Positions 1 through 13,753 of a stretch of DNA of 64,000 nt are shown here, one piece after another (the first letter of the stretch is position 1; each line of letters begins with the position of its first letter). The stretch lies in NCBI GenBank assembly GCA_964016885.1, contig OZ024741.1, forward strand, positions 97,650,001 to 97,714,000, given 5' to 3'. The translations under genes were made by a program, and so were the position numbers. The notes under the pieces are model-generated. The model worked only from the letters and a program-made list of their open reading frames with translations, was not told where the DNA came from and did no database searches. Origin of the DNA: Eledone cirrhosa. Lineage: Eukaryota.

Positions 1-167
1 GCATTTATATACATATATTAATGGCTTTTCAGGGTAGTGTGTGTGTGGGGGGGGGGGGAGTAGGTAAATGAATAACTGTAGATTTACTTTCAATGGTCAC
101 AGAGTGGATAAAAGATAAAGAATAAAAGTATAATAATAATAACAATAAAAAGAATAATAATTATTAT

Positions 168-1620
168 TATTTCTTTATAGGACTCAAGGGCCAACACATA
201 GAAGACAATACAATCGACAGGGACAGTGGTGTGTTAACAGAAAAATATAGTAAACAATATAAAATAAAACAATAACAGTCAACAAAAAAATGACAACCAG
301 GAAAAATCCGCAATAGGAGAATAACCACCCAGGGGCATATATAACCGACCAATCCTGAGGCACCAGACGCGTCGAGGAGGACGGGAAGAGCACAGGTTCA
401 CATATCAAATTAACCAGCGTACAGGTGCAAGCTCAGTGTAAGCGTATTCAAAAGGGACATTATCGCCATATTCACCCACCCTTTCACAAATGTACTTGCG
501 GCAGCTCTTTCTCCACCCTCACTCTCCTTTCCAAGTGAAATTTGAAAAAATTCGATGGGGCATTGGCCGTAGAAAAAGTCCTTTCAACCTGGTCTACTAC
601 GAAACCTCTTTCGCTACCGCCACCAGAGAGAGCAAAATTGCTTACCCTTCCCGGCCCCAAAAGACGATGCAGATATCTATACTAAGTACACGATTGATAG
701 CCGGATCAATTCTACAAGTAACAACAGTTGTTGAACATAACTCCACAAGTCAGTAATGCACGGACACTGGACGAGTGCGTGTAGAAAAATTTCGTCGCTC
801 TGCGCGCATCTCCAGCATGTCCGTCTGACAGCACTTCCCTGCTTGTAGAGTTTTTCTCGAATAGGCATTTCCCCTGGCAGCAATGCTAAGCGAGGGATTT
901 CTGCCCTACCATCCCCGGTTCGAAAGTTCTCCGGAACAAACTGGTGAGATCGTCCTGGTCGACGACGAGAGCCTCCCCGAGTGCGTCGTAGCACTTTCCA
1001 AACACTAATCCTCTATAGAACTGGATGTTCCACAGACCACATTGCCCATCTCGTAGGTGGAAGCGCGTGCCCGGCAAAATTCCAGATGCCAGGCGCCCAG
1101 TGACGGTGTCTTCTTCAGCCAGGACTGCAGCTCAGTCAAAGAGAAGAGCTGCGGAAAGGGCTGCGTCACAAACGGAGACAACACCTGTTCACAGTTTAGG
1201 CAGAATATCTGGAGATGCCGAAGCTACAGTGCATGTTTGCGCATCATTGGCCAGGGCATACCCAGCGCTCCGCGTAGAGAGGGCTGGCAGATGGACCATG
1301 AACTGAATATGTTCCCTACACAAGATGTTGAAGTGCAGTCGATCCAATTTGGCGATGTGCGAAAGGGGGCAAGTCACGACGGTTAGATGGGAGTAGACGA
1401 CGGACGCGAACTTCCAGCCGGCATTTCAGGGACAACCTCTTCTCGGCCCAATTCTGGGTGAGAGTACCTAACCTGATCGTCACGTCATCCCAAATCTTTT
1501 CCACGTGATAGACCCTATCGAATGTTTTCCTTTGATATAAATTGGTCAGAGACCTACCGAAACCTACCCTCTCTATGATGCCTCGCATTATGTGTAAGTC
1601 TTCAAGCACTCACTGCCTTC
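168..1620 (-). mobile_element. 5'-truncated, degenerate L1/Tx1-clade LINE: 3' part of ORF2 with C-terminal CCHC zinc finger, 3' UTR and (TAA)n tail
   Basis: Frameshifted ORF pieces 677-994 (CWRCAQSDEIFLHALVQCPCITDLWSYVQQLL = C-X2-C-X8-H-X4-C) and 886-1077 (FYRGLV...QKSLA); ends on minus strand ...CCTATAAAGAAATAATAATAA. Confidence 0.8.
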
Positions 1621-1624
1621 AGCC

Positions 1625-2412
1625 AATACGGCAGTGCGATCGGTGGAAAATCCGTCTTGGTTTTCTATAGAGGGTTAGTGACTTAGAAAAAATGTTCTTT
1701 GAAAGACGCTGGGCGTTGAAGAAAATCAATTAGCCACATATTCCAGATGTCGTATGGCCCAGGGCCCATGGATAATCTCCAGAAATCCCTGGCCTGGCAG
1801 TGATACCGAGGAGCTTTACCAGTTCCAAATAATGTCAACAATCATTGAAATGCCGTCAAAGCCAGGCCTATGCAAGGTGCGCGCAGGGCACATATCGCCA
1901 CTCCGTCTTAGTTCAGAGGAGAAGGACTGGCACGTTGTATATGCCTGGTGGAAGAAGAAAAAGAGTTGGTATAATTGACGTGTTTGAAAGGGTTGAAGAC
2001 AAATATTTTCCTCCCCGATAAAGAGCTGATTAATGTTTTCAAGTTTTACAAGAAGAGGACAATCTGAAAGAGAAGGGAAGTGCTACCTTCCAACCAGTTT
2101 TTGGAAAGGTGGCTCAGAATGGCGAACACGGTTCTAGTTAATGGGCCTGCCTTGCGTGTACGCCTGTAGATTGTAGAAGAATAAATGAGAGAGGACACTT
2201 TGTCTCCGAGAACAGCGTTACCATGTCTTTGTGTGGGCGTTCTCTACAAGTGACCCTTCGAGTAATTTGCTTTGTTGGCTTATTTTTAATGTTTATTTTC
2301 TTAGTTTCTGTTATAAATGTCCTTTAACACAAAACTCCCCACACACCTTATCGTTATGTAGCGTCATAATTGTTTCCTAAATATGAGCCCTCTGTGGCTA
2401 ATAAAGAAATTA
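1625..2412 (+). mobile_element. Second, diverged L1/Tx1-type LINE 3' fragment, head-to-head with the first
   Basis: Translates to FYRGLV...QKSLAWQ*YRGALPV and LKGLKTNIFL...FLERW, homologous to the minus-strand copy; ends CCCTCTGTGGCTAATAAAGAAATTATTAT. Confidence 0.75.
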
Positions 2413-2571
2413 TTATTTATCCTTTATTATTTCCTTATCTTTTACCAACTTTGTAGTTTTTAAATATAAATCTACAGTTATTCAATTACCGACTGAAATC
2501 CCTTTAATAGGAGTATATAAAGAGATCCGGGGATTTCTGACAACAGTTGTCTCTTTGGACATATAAACTTA

Positions 2572-2639
2572 CATATCTGAGGAGATGTCGTATAATTGTC
2601 GGGCCAGTCAATGATAGATATCGATACAATTGCAATATG
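2572..2639 (+). ncRNA. Degenerate type I hammerhead ribozyme motif
   Basis: CATAT-CTGAGGA-GATGTC...GATATC-GATA(GAAA mutated)-CAATTG-CA(TA mutated)-ATATG; stem I CATAT/ATATG, palindromic stem III. Confidence 0.5.
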
Positions 2640-2791
2640 CCAATAATGTTTGTACATTTTTGCAACATTGACTTCGATTCTACTTACTCTATATGCACTC
2701 TGCAACCTACAGCCACCTTAACTCTGGAATACAACCCAACACAAGATAGACCTAGTAATATATATATATATAAATATATATATTTTTTTTT

Positions 2792-2829
<38 letters not shown>

Positions 2830-3282
2830 TAAACGGAATAGAAAATGATGACAAATTGTTCACGGTTGAAAAATGGTTTAATTAGAAATAAAAGAGTATT
2901 AGTGATTGTATGGGTTAGTATTCAGTTGTGGTTTTAAGTTTTTAAGTTTTTACCGGTTGCGCATTTCTAAATGCTTTTCAAAAATAATTTTGAGATAGAG
3001 TGTCCGTGCTGTTTGCTCTGATCTGATTAGTTTTGGGAATTCTACCTGTTTTTATGTTAAAAAAGTGGCTCCAGCGTTACTTTGGTGTTGCAAAAATTCT
3101 TGTGGTCAAAACAATTTTGATTGGTCGGTAGAGGTCATGTGAATAAAAAATTGGTTTTGCGCCAAGATTGAGAAATGACTCTTTCACAACAAATATGTGT
3201 GTGTGTGTGTGTGTAGTAGTAGTAAGATGTTCGATGTTGTGATAATGGTTAGCAGGGATGTGTGTCAAATGGCTATTAATAT

Positions 3283-3354
<72 letters not shown>

Positions 3355-3527
3355 ATAGCAGAGTAATTCGTGGTAACAGGGATGGTCAGTAAGAATGTGT
3401 CTGAAAGCAATGGGGGGTATTTTAGCATGTCAAAAGATATTTTTCAGCTTTTGTCTTATACGGAGAAGTGCGTGTGTGTGTGTGTGTGTATAAGTCTCTT
3501 TGTATGTTAATGTACGCGTGTGTATGA

Positions 3528-3558
<31 letters not shown>

Positions 3559-3671
3559 CGTGTGTGTGTGTGGGGGGGGGGGTGGACCAGTATTTTTTTC
3601 CCCCTGGTAAAATGGTGTACATTATTCGATTTTTTCAGTAAAATCGGTTCTCTTAATAGAACATCAAAAAT

Positions 3672-3728
<57 letters not shown>

Positions 3729-3849
3729 ATATATGCATGCTACTGTACGTCTGTATACATATATGTATGTACGTATACATACATACTTACATTTAAGTAA
3801 GTGCTATACTAAGAGTGAGAAATGAAATTTCATTTTCATTTTATTTCAA

Positions 3850-3952
<103 letters not shown>

Positions 3953-4109
3953 GTATATATAGTAGTAAGAATATTTTCGAAACAGCGAGCGAGTTCGAAT
4001 TATAAATGTAAGCTATCGCCGTATTTTGACTAAAGAAATTAAAGAAAATTATTTAGCCTGTTAGTGGGGTTAAGAACCCTCGGAGAAATGGAAGAAGATG
4101 AGTATTGAC

Positions 4110-4183
<74 letters not shown>

Positions 4184-4186
<3 letters not shown>

Positions 4187-4270
4187 GTAGAATGGAAAAA
4201 TATTCCGTAGATAATGCTGAAGAGATTCTTTCAGGGATTCTACTGAAAATATCTTCTTCCTTTCTACTAT
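4184..4270. repeat. Short imperfect palindromic insert in (TA)n
   Basis: ATAGTAGAATGGAAAAATATTCC...CTGAAGA vs reverse complement of TCTTTCAG...TTCCTTTCTACTAT. Confidence 0.6.
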
Positions 4271-4984
4271 TGTTTTTATATATATCAACTCGTGTGTTAC
4301 GTATATTTGTACGAAGCATTGTGAGATATGCAATTAAGAAAGTATTGGTAAACCTAATACAATGGCAATAGGAAATAAGAATGCCAAATCTAAACAATGT
4401 TGTTATGCTATATATTACATGATATTTCAATGTTAGAACGTTTATTCTTTTCAAATGACAATGAGAGATACATCAAAACGTCTTGTTCCTTTGTTTTGTG
4501 ATTACTTGTTGGTGGGAATGTGACATGCATAGACTGGTCATAAAAGCCAATTAGTTGCATGTAACTCACATCTGTCGTCAAGGTTTGGATTATGTCTGTT
4601 CATGAAAATAGCCAGTTTTATTGTTAGTTACAAATGTTCCTCTCAGTGGCATCTATGCAGGTCTCAATATCTCCAGTCGATGCATATTTCTAAACTGCTT
4701 TCTTTACAATGGGACACAAGATTGCGATTTCTTAGCTTAAACTTTTAAAGAATTCATTAAGCTAGATCATACAATGGTAATATATACAATCCATAGCAAC
4801 AGCCAGGACCATACATTCTAGGCAGAAAGACAGGTCCTAAGATGGAAGAATGAGAGGAAGTAAATAATTAAAATAAATAAGGCATTATTTTATTATTAAT
4901 CTAAGTGATATTAACGCTGATTATACTAAAACTAAAGTAATTGTTTCCACTTCTTTGGAGATAGTCGACACAAAAGTGTTTAGT

Positions 4985-5850
4985 CCGAGATTCTGTTTGC
5001 AATAGTTGTGAGAAGTCTGAGAATTTTGCCAAAGAAGACCACCTTAAAGCAAAAATTAATCGGAATCTTTAAATCGTTCTTATGTGTACCCCTTTTTGTA
5101 CCGCTTTCACTGGATATCATCAGAATCCTTTTGTTAAAGCTGACATATATGATACATGTGTAGATGCCTTGGTCGGTACTGGTCACTATGACAGTTTCAT
5201 ATGCAAGGGTGTTGCAAATCAGCAGCGTCTACGACTCTTCTTATGGCAGAATCCTCTCATAGGGGAGGTGTTACTTTTCAGTTGAATATCCAAAACATTC
5301 TTCACTCTGTGCTTTAAACAACCTCTGTGCAGATGTCATTGTTGAACACTACATTCTTTCAAAACATGAGAATTTGAATGTTGACTTTGAAGGGGAAAAT
5401 CCACCAATATCATTTTGTACACGTACTAAAGTGGACATAGGTCCTAGCTGTTAATTGCAAAGCCTTCAGAGTGACTGTGAGCTAGTTGGCATTAAGTTCA
5501 GAAGTTACTACAAAATTCAATGGGTTTCCGATCAGTCTGAAATCCAGACTCTCTTAAAAGAAAAATCTATTGAGCCTATTTCTTTTTGTTGAGCCCAAGA
5601 ATTTATTACAACGAATGAGTGACATAAAATGAGAATGGTAGTTGATTATTCATAAGCAATCAACAGCTTTCTTCAGCTTGAAGCTTACCCATTCCCGCGT
5701 ATCTCAGATTAAATCAATGAACGTGATAGTTAATATACAAGTTTCACTAGAATTTATCGGAAAGTTATTTATTACAAAGTTCGTTGCACTCAGCAGATTG
5801 CATTGTCAGAGCTTTTGAAACTGGTGTCCAGTTATGACAGTTCACATGAA
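4985..5850 (+). mobile_element. Highly decayed Ty3/Gypsy gag-pol fragment (zinc knuckle, aspartic protease, start of RT)
   Basis: DSVCNSCEKSENF (decayed CCHC knuckle), VDALVGTGHYDSFI (D-T-G protease-like), NNLCADVI, RMVVDYS*AINSFLQLEAYPFPRISD and AFETGVQL*QFT (Gypsy RT motifs); many stops. Confidence 0.75.
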
Positions 5851-6459
5851 GAGATTGGTAAGACTTTGCGTATTTCTTTAAGTTGATTAAGAACATTTTC
5901 GCAGAGATCAACCACATAGATGTAACAGTTTTGTTCTCTTATCAGTCAACTCAAACTAACGTATAAACTCATATACATTATTGCTTAGCACTATACGACA
6001 TGGACATTATCAACAATTAATAAATTGCATTTCATTGCACTTAATCACCAACAATTTCACACGCAACACATTGTCATTTATAACTAATTATATTCAAAGA
6101 TTGAATTTTAACTGACATACAATTATTCAATTATAAACTCAGGTATATCTATCCGTCTCCATTCTATTTTAGCTTATTAAAGTTACAATGGATGGATGAA
6201 GCAGCTGTAATCATGAATATATTTCATATTTGAACACTAACATTCACACGATACCTTCATTCGAGTTTGTTGTTTTCATTCCTTATTAATTCCATACACT
6301 ATTCTTAGCATTATATATTTTTACACATTGGCACTGAATTTCACATAATTCAAACATTCATGTTTAATGTAAATGATTATTTCTTTTAAAACTTTTTATT
6401 TCATAGTCAGCAACAGGCCCTTTCTATTATAACTACGTAAGTCTTTCTTATATGTTTCT

Positions 6460-6636
6460 AATTGTTTCTACTTTTGGCACAAGGCCAGCCATTATCCCAG
6501 TGCGTTACTGCTACTTTATTTTATCGACCCCCGTAAGGATGAAAGGCAAACTAAACTTGGCAGGATTTGAAATCATAAAATAAAGGGCCATAACTCTATG
6601 CTGCAAAGCATGGTGTCTGACACTCTACCGATTTCT
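6460..6636 (-). mobile_element. tRNA-derived Nin/Deu-domain SINE
   Basis: Matches family consensus in the window (GCCTTTCATCCTTACGGGGTCGATAAAATAAAGTA...GTAGAAACAATTA on element strand). Confidence 0.8.
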
Positions 6637-7544
6637 AATAATATACATTATTTCACGCGTAAAGACTCTGTTAAGTATAGCCTATGTATCGTGGTGATAT
6701 ATTTATGAAGCAAACAATATTTTAAATGGGAATCCTTCGATTGACCGGAATTATAGGCAAATAAAACTTCAAAATGGAGTCTAGATTGCTAGTGATAAAA
6801 ATAGAGTTTAGTAAGTTAAAAAATCGTCTTCTTTATTTACTTCTACTGCAAAACATCTAATTTTAGAATGCTTGACATGCTCAGTCTATTAGAGTAATTT
6901 CTTTTATTCAATTACTCAAAAACTTTTCTAAATATTAAAATGGTTCTGATATTATTTGGGATAATACTTTCCGGTGATAGGTAACTAAACTGCATATGCA
7001 GATTTTGTAAAAGTTCCGAATTTAAATATATTTATACGTCTAATTAGCAATTTTTCAGTACATCATGCTTTTCTAAATTGAAGAAAATCGCACACGCTTA
7101 CAAATCACTATAGACAGCATCGTTTGCAATCTTTATATATATAAAAGCGAGGATGTGTGTGTGTATGTGTACAACTTTGGATGCCTAAGGCTTTTACAAT
7201 TACCAACTGAATTTGACCAAATTTTCTGTGCACGTTGGTCGCTAAGATGGTCACATCACAAAATAGTTTCCAATCTACCCACGTCGAGCAATAAAAAATC
7301 GATATCAAAATTATCGGTAGCAAAATTGATGTAATGGAGATAACCAACTTTATTAACAATCCTCATAAAAAAAAGGGAGATAACCAACTTTATTGACAAT
7401 CCTTATAAAGAGAGTGAGATATGGAGACCTTCGTTTTTAATTTTAAAACAACAATCATCGTCGGACGAATTTTCAGAAATATAAACATCAGATTCATTTG
7501 AAGATAAATCACTAATATTATCGTTTGTTTCTTGTTTATTATTT

Positions 7545-7970
7545 GTTGCACTTTCAAAGTTAAAAATAGTTGTTGTTTTAACTTGTTTCACTATATTAAG
7601 TGTTAATTTTTGCGTTAAGGGCCTAATCTCGCAGTATTCTCGAATTGACGAGATTTTGATGATGGTTTATTTATTTTTAGAACAATCGTTATGGGACTTT
7701 CCATTCTAACCATTGGGACCTACAACTTTTACTTTTTTTAAATTTCATAAGCCATGTTGATACAAAAAAAATGTGTTGCACTTTCAAAGTTAAAAAAACA
7801 CTTGTTTTAACTTGTTTTACTATATTAAGTGTTAATTTTCGCGGTAAGGGCCTAATCTCGCAGCAGTCTCGAATTGACGAGATTTTGATGATGGTTTGTT
7901 TATTTTTAGAACAATCCTTATGGGACTTTCTATTCAAAACATTGGGACCTACAGCTTTTACATTTTTAAA
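7545..7970. repeat. ~230-bp internal tandem duplication in the Helitron
   Basis: TGTTGCACTTTCAAAGTTAAAAA...GGGACCTACA at ~7545 and ~7775. Confidence 0.85.
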
Positions 7971-7984
7971 GTAATTTTGTCCAC

Positions 7985-8610
7985 ATTTGAGGCAGGCATT
8001 ATCTATGCTTCCAGCTGCATTCGTACACATCAAACTTTTTTGACAATGAAGGAACATACTGAACAGGATTTTTCCTGGATGTCCACAGATATATAAATCT
8101 ATTGATACTGTATGTGATCCACAGGATGCGGTCAACTATCCAGTTGAATTTCTAAATTCATTAAATCCTCCTGGTTTACTTCCTAATACATTGGTTCTGA
8201 AAGTGGGAACGCCAGTTATTTTGCTGAGAAAATATCACTCCTCCAAAACTATGCAATGGTACACGCCTTCTTGTTAAAAAACTGTCTCCATTTAGTATTG
8301 ACGCTCCCATTCTATCCGGATGTGGAAAAGGCGAGGATGTGATAATAACAAAAATTATCCTGACTACATCAGGTGTGGATACTCCCTTCTCCTTTCGCCG
8401 AACCCAATTTCCCCTTCGTGTTGCCTTTGCGATGTCCATAAACAAGTCGCAAGTTCAAACTCTGTCCGTCACTGGAATTCACTTGCATGAACCTTGCTTT
8501 TCGCACGGACAATTCTACGTTGCCTGTTCACGAGTTGGCAGTCGAGATAATCTCTTTGCGTTTGTTCCGTAAAGAAAAAGCAAAGAATATCGTCTATCCT
8601 GAAGTGCTTT
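7985..8610 (+). pseudogene. Helitron RepHel helicase C-terminal fragment (frameshifted)
   Basis: YPVEFLNSLNPPGLLPNTLVLKVGTPVILLR, KLCNGTRL, RRTQFPLRVAFAMSINKSQVQTL, FSHGQFYVACSRV. Confidence 0.9.
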
Positions 8611-9433
8611 AGTGTTAACAAAAAAACTTATTACAGCTCTGCCTTGACTTCACCTTACTCATTACAAAACATACCAATGAATATGTCCAGCAGTATATTT
8701 TGGATTATAAGTTCAAAATTTAACCATACACAGCAAAGGATGCTCTCAAAGAATAGATTTTCTCTTATCCTACTCTCATTGTTTTTTTGTTTGTATACAA
8801 CTCTGCTTTCATTACAACTGTTTGTACTTTAGCAAAACTGCCTGTCTTTTTACAGATTTGCAACGTGTATTGTCTTTAATCATTTGTATAACTACATCCT
8901 GTTCAGGGTTTTCCTTCATTATCAACATAGTTTTATGTGTACAAAGATTGCACTAAATATTCGTTTGCATTAATTATTGAAGACTTCTGCTTATTTTGAC
9001 AGGTTGGTGACAAACAATGTTCTTATTTTACTTCCTAGCTGTATATACTTAGCATAATCTCATACCCTGAGCAACGCCGGGTAAGTCTGCTAGTAAATAG
9101 TATTTTAGAAAGCCGGATAAAATATCCCTATAGGTGGAAAAAGATACAGAGGTTGATACTTTCTATTGGCTGCTGGCTACATTTTCCCGTCTATAGAGAA
9201 ATGTTATGTGTTTTATAAAGCTATTTCTAATAGCATTCAAACGTGTCTTTTTTAATTGTATGCGTTTGAAACATTCTACATCTAAGAATTGCAAAGTTTT
9301 CAATATATATACTCCCCCCTCCCTCTATCTCGCTCTCCCTCTCTCTCTCTATCTATTTATCTATCTATCTATCTATCTATCTCTTTCTGTCTCTCTCTCT
9401 CTCTCACATATATGATATCTGGAATTTTACCCG

Positions 9434-9475
<42 letters not shown>

Positions 9476-9476
<1 letters not shown>

Positions 9477-9661
9477 GTGGTGGAACACTGGAAGGTAATA
9501 TCCGCAGTGGTAGAGCACTCAGTCCAAGGGACGAGTTAGGTAGAAGTGGTTACACAACAGTTAGTTAACCATACCGAGAACAATTGTTTCACCTTAGCGG
9601 ATCTTCAGCTCGAGCTGAAGATCCGCCAAGGTATAGTGAACTAACTGTTGTGTAACCACTT
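9476..9661. mobile_element. Palindromic PLE-type mini-element in (TA)n with hammerhead motif
   Basis: Arms AAGTGGTTACACAACAGTTAGTT / AACTAACTGTTGTGTAACCACTT; centre CGGATCTTCAGCTC|GAGCTGAAGATCCG. Confidence 0.75.
9575..9612 (-). ncRNA. Minimal type I hammerhead ribozyme
   Basis: Minus strand CGAG-CUGAAGA-UCCGCUAAGGU-GAAA-CAAUUG-UU-CUCG; palindromic stem III typical of PLE minimal (dimeric) HHRs. Confidence 0.75.
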
Positions 9662-9671
9662 ATATATATAC

Positions 9672-9703
<32 letters not shown>

Positions 9704-9767
9704 ATATGTATGTATGCATGTATGTATGTATGTATGTATGTATGTATGTATGTATGTATGTATGTAT

Positions 9768-10376
9768 CAGGTCAGGTCACCAGTTGGTGCTACTGGTAAC
9801 ATGTATCCCAGTACTACCTGTCTCATGGTCGGGTCGTTGGCTTCTAAACTGGCAAGCCCACCAGGGTTTCTTGGTGAGGAGGGTGACTTTGGACATCCTG
9901 CAGGACTAAAAACAAAACCTGTCAAAGGGCACAGGAGCTCTTAAGAGTTAATGGCCATCCAAATTCATCGGGAGAGATGACCCCTTAGCCTTTGTCAAGG
10001 CAGAATTCTAGGAGAAGGAAAACTCTGATATAACACCTGCAACCCTGAGGGTATCCAATGATGTTGACTTGTTCTTCTTTTTGGTAAATATCATCTTGGT
10101 TAAGAGAGTGGGACTGGCTTTGTGCAGTGCCTTTTCTCACTATAAAAGCTTCACGGCACAGGCATTGCTTTGTATCTGGAGATCTCTCTGCACTTGTCAT
10201 CACATGGTACCATGGGCCCAGCATTATGTGTCAGTGGTTGTCACAGGTGTAGTGTTTGTACCAGAGTTTTCAAGTCGCTGGCTGCCTAAAAAGTCACACT
10301 TGTTCAGCGCATCGGTAGGGTTCTCCTACATGGATATAAAGTAGTGGCCGTACTCGAAAACGAGTTGGCAGTCACC
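9768..10376 (+). mobile_element. ~610-bp non-autonomous non-LTR retroposon (RTE/Ingi-type 5' UTR-like motif) with (ATGT)n tail; longest copy
   Basis: CTAGGAGAAGGAAAACTCTGAT motif (recalled from RTE/Vingi 5' UTRs); constant 3' end GGCCGTACTCGAAAACGAGTTGGCAG(T/C)CACC(ATGT)n; six copies in window with variable 5' truncation. Confidence 0.7.
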
Positions 10377-10464
10377 ATGTATGTATGTATGTATGTATGT
10401 ATGTATGTATGTATGTATGTATGTATGTATGTATGTATGTATGTATGTATGTATGTATGTATGT

Positions 10465-10847
10465 TAAGGCAGAATTCTAGGAGAAGGAAGACTCTGATAT
10501 AGCACCTGTAACTCTGATGGTATCCAATGATGTTGACTTGTTCTTCTTTTTGGTAAATATCATCTCGGTTAAGAGAGTGGGACTGGCTTTGTGCAGTGCC
10601 TTTGCTCACTATAAAAGCTTCACGGCACAGGCATAGCTTTATCTCTGGAGATCTCTCTGCACTTGTCGTAACACGGTACCATGGGCCCAGCACTATGTGT
10701 CAATGGTTGTCACAGGTGTAGTGTTTGTACCAGAGTTTACAAGTCGCTGGCTGGACTAAAAAGTCACACTCGTTCAGCGCATCGGTAGGGGTTCTCCTAC
10801 ATGGATATAAAGTAGTGGCCGTACTCGAAAACGAGTTGGCAGCCACC
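10465..10847 (+). mobile_element. 5'-truncated copy of the (ATGT)n-tailed retroposon, in tail of previous copy
   Basis: Near-identical to 9997-10376. Confidence 0.8.
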
Positions 10848-11225
10848 ATGTATGTATGTATGTATGAATGTGTATATATATTTATATATCTATATATATA
10901 TATATAAGTGTAAATAAGAGTAAAAACAGAGAAAGAAGAGACGGAAAGAATTGCATTGCCAAGCTCTTTTGACACCATTAAGCATCATGTCCTGTAACAC
11001 TTAACCTCTTGGCTTCAGTAACAATTACTTCATGAATAATAACGATGATTATATACCAAGCTCATATATTTCACACTGTCGTTAATCATTCAGGCAGAAA
11101 CAATTCAACAGTAATGGTTGCACAACCTCTGTATAATATGACACCTCAAAATCGTATATTGCATACACATAAACGCACATGAAAACAAACACATTATTAT
11201 ACAAGTATATATATCTATAATACAC

Positions 11226-11435
<210 letters not shown>

Positions 11436-11602
11436 ATGTACATCTGGACAATACTTAACATTTATCCATTAATTTCATTACCTATTTTAAGACCAACGTT
11501 ACTACATTTCTATTTACGAATGGATAATTATATCTAGCTCGAATTGGCTCCTGTGGAATTTGTAATCATAACTCTTAGGGAAGGATTGCCATTTTCTGCT
11601 AT

Positions 11603-11702
<100 letters not shown>

Positions 11703-12909
11703 CTTGTGCGTATGTATGTGTGTTTCTTAGTGCGACTCTGTGTGTGTGTTAATTTCACTTTCAAAGATTTGTAGCAAATATCTATAGGGGAAGTTAAATA
11801 TCTATAGGGGAAGTTAATGAACACGGTCTAGCTATTATAGCCAATGTATCGTGAATAATATTAGAATGGTGATATATTAATGAAGCAAATCAAATTTTAA
11901 ATGGAAAGCCTTTGATTGACCAGATTTGTATGCATGCTAATAAAACTTCAAGATGAAATATAGATTGCTAGTGATAAAAATTTGTTTCGATTAAGATGTT
12001 ATTCAGAAACTTCTTCCTTCTCTGGAAGGCTCTTAATAAAAGATGCCCCCAGTAATAAAATAGGGTATTACGCTATAGTGGTGCTATTAAATGTATTTTG
12101 TTTTTATTTCACTATATAGGCTGCTGTACTACGTTTTATGTGGATGATAACTCTCTTTCTAAGTGACTTCATCATTTACATTCATTAAAAAACTAGACAC
12201 TTTTATTACCCTATGAATTTACTGTCAATAAAAGGAGTTATGGAAAGGAGCTGCTAGGAGTATGACATAACTTAATTACGATAGACGTGTCTCAATAATG
12301 ATAGTAATAATATTCTTGATACGAAAGTTTGGGGAAATGTGCATTGTCATATCAGTTCTTGACAGATACCTATTTTAACGACGTTTCCACCCACAGAAAG
12401 ATGAAAATCAAACTAGATTCGGGTGGGTTTAACTTAGGAGGGCAGAGAAACTAAATATTTCAAACGTACTGTGTGCCACACTGTTGTTTCGGCATTCACT
12501 GTCCTTTCAACACCACCAACAGCAACGGTGAAAACAGCGACAACAACAATAGGAATAATAATATTTCTTTCTTTTTAGACAATGAGAGGAATGCATTCAA
12601 TAGCAGACAATAGAAGAAAATATCTAAAACTTTGGAATTATGATCACGGATGAGGAAAATATTGCGAAATTATGGAGAAAGAAGTTTAAGTTATTGTGCA
12701 CAGTGCTCAGGTGCACCACAAAGGTGCATGTATAGTACATAGAATAATGTACAAATGTCAGGAAAGTGAGCAGTGCATGAGTCATGATATACATGTGTGC
12801 GAGTGTATGTAGTGGGGATATGGAGTGGGATTTTACATAACATTACCTATTGAGTATGCTGAGATGCAACAGATACTAACAGTGAAACTCATGCTAGTCC
12901 CATCAACTA

Positions 12910-12988
<79 letters not shown>

Positions 12989-13633
12989 CATTTTAGATAG
13001 CGTCCAAAACGAGTGTCCAAACAAAGACGAACGAGTGAAGTATCATATTGCTCAAAATGGGGCAGCGAGATTCAAACATTTAACAAAGGCTCCTTGTATT
13101 CACTTGTACTCACATACTAGTGGAAACCTTCCCCAATTAAAACAAATTAGTAGTGAAGGGCCAAACAAAGATATGTGGACAACGGCAATCACCATCAACC
13201 CAAATAGTACATTCTGTATTTTCTACACTAAAATTTAGATTAAAATTTCGACTGATCATCTTAGACCTGAGTGGCAATGTCTGGGTAGATGAGGAATAAC
13301 TGTTCGTAAAACACAACAAATTGGAGCGTAATTCCATAATTTAACTAGTTGAAATGTACCTCCTTATCTCTTCAGATTGTTTTGGTCTTCGATTCTAATA
13401 CACTCACAAGACGGAATAGCATCAGTTTCGATCATGATATGCATTCCATGTAGGCCACATTGGATGGCATGTCATACCATTTTATTTCAACGATGAGCAC
13501 TAGCCATTACCCTACACCTAGGATGGCACGATCCAAGGTCAATGCCAGCATATTGTCGATCCGGATATTATATTATTCAATGGCATGATGAGCGTAACAC
13601 ACACACACATATACACATATATATGTGTGTATG

Positions 13634-13753
<120 letters not shown>

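Larger units (their letters stand above)
7130..9093 (+). mobile_element. Non-autonomous Helitron with both termini, carrying the C-terminal PIF1-like helicase
   Basis: 5' A|TCTTTATATATATAAAAG; 3' subterminal GC hairpin CCCTGAGCAACGCCGGG then CTAG|T; inserted between A and T. Confidence 0.9.

Noticed and set aside
4217-4256. CTGAAGA...GAAA hammerhead candidate
   Set aside because: Stems I and III do not form; the motif arises from the palindrome arms.
9785-9880. HDV-like ribozyme at 5' end of the (ATGT)n retroposon
   Set aside because: P4-like hairpin, CUAA and possible P2 are visible, but I could not build P1/P3 by hand.
12983-13570. Possible decayed coding sequence between (TA)n tracts (similar cases near 28030-28260, 31000-31500, 51430-51800)
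   Set aside because: No motif I could recognise with confidence; needs BLASTX/HMM search.
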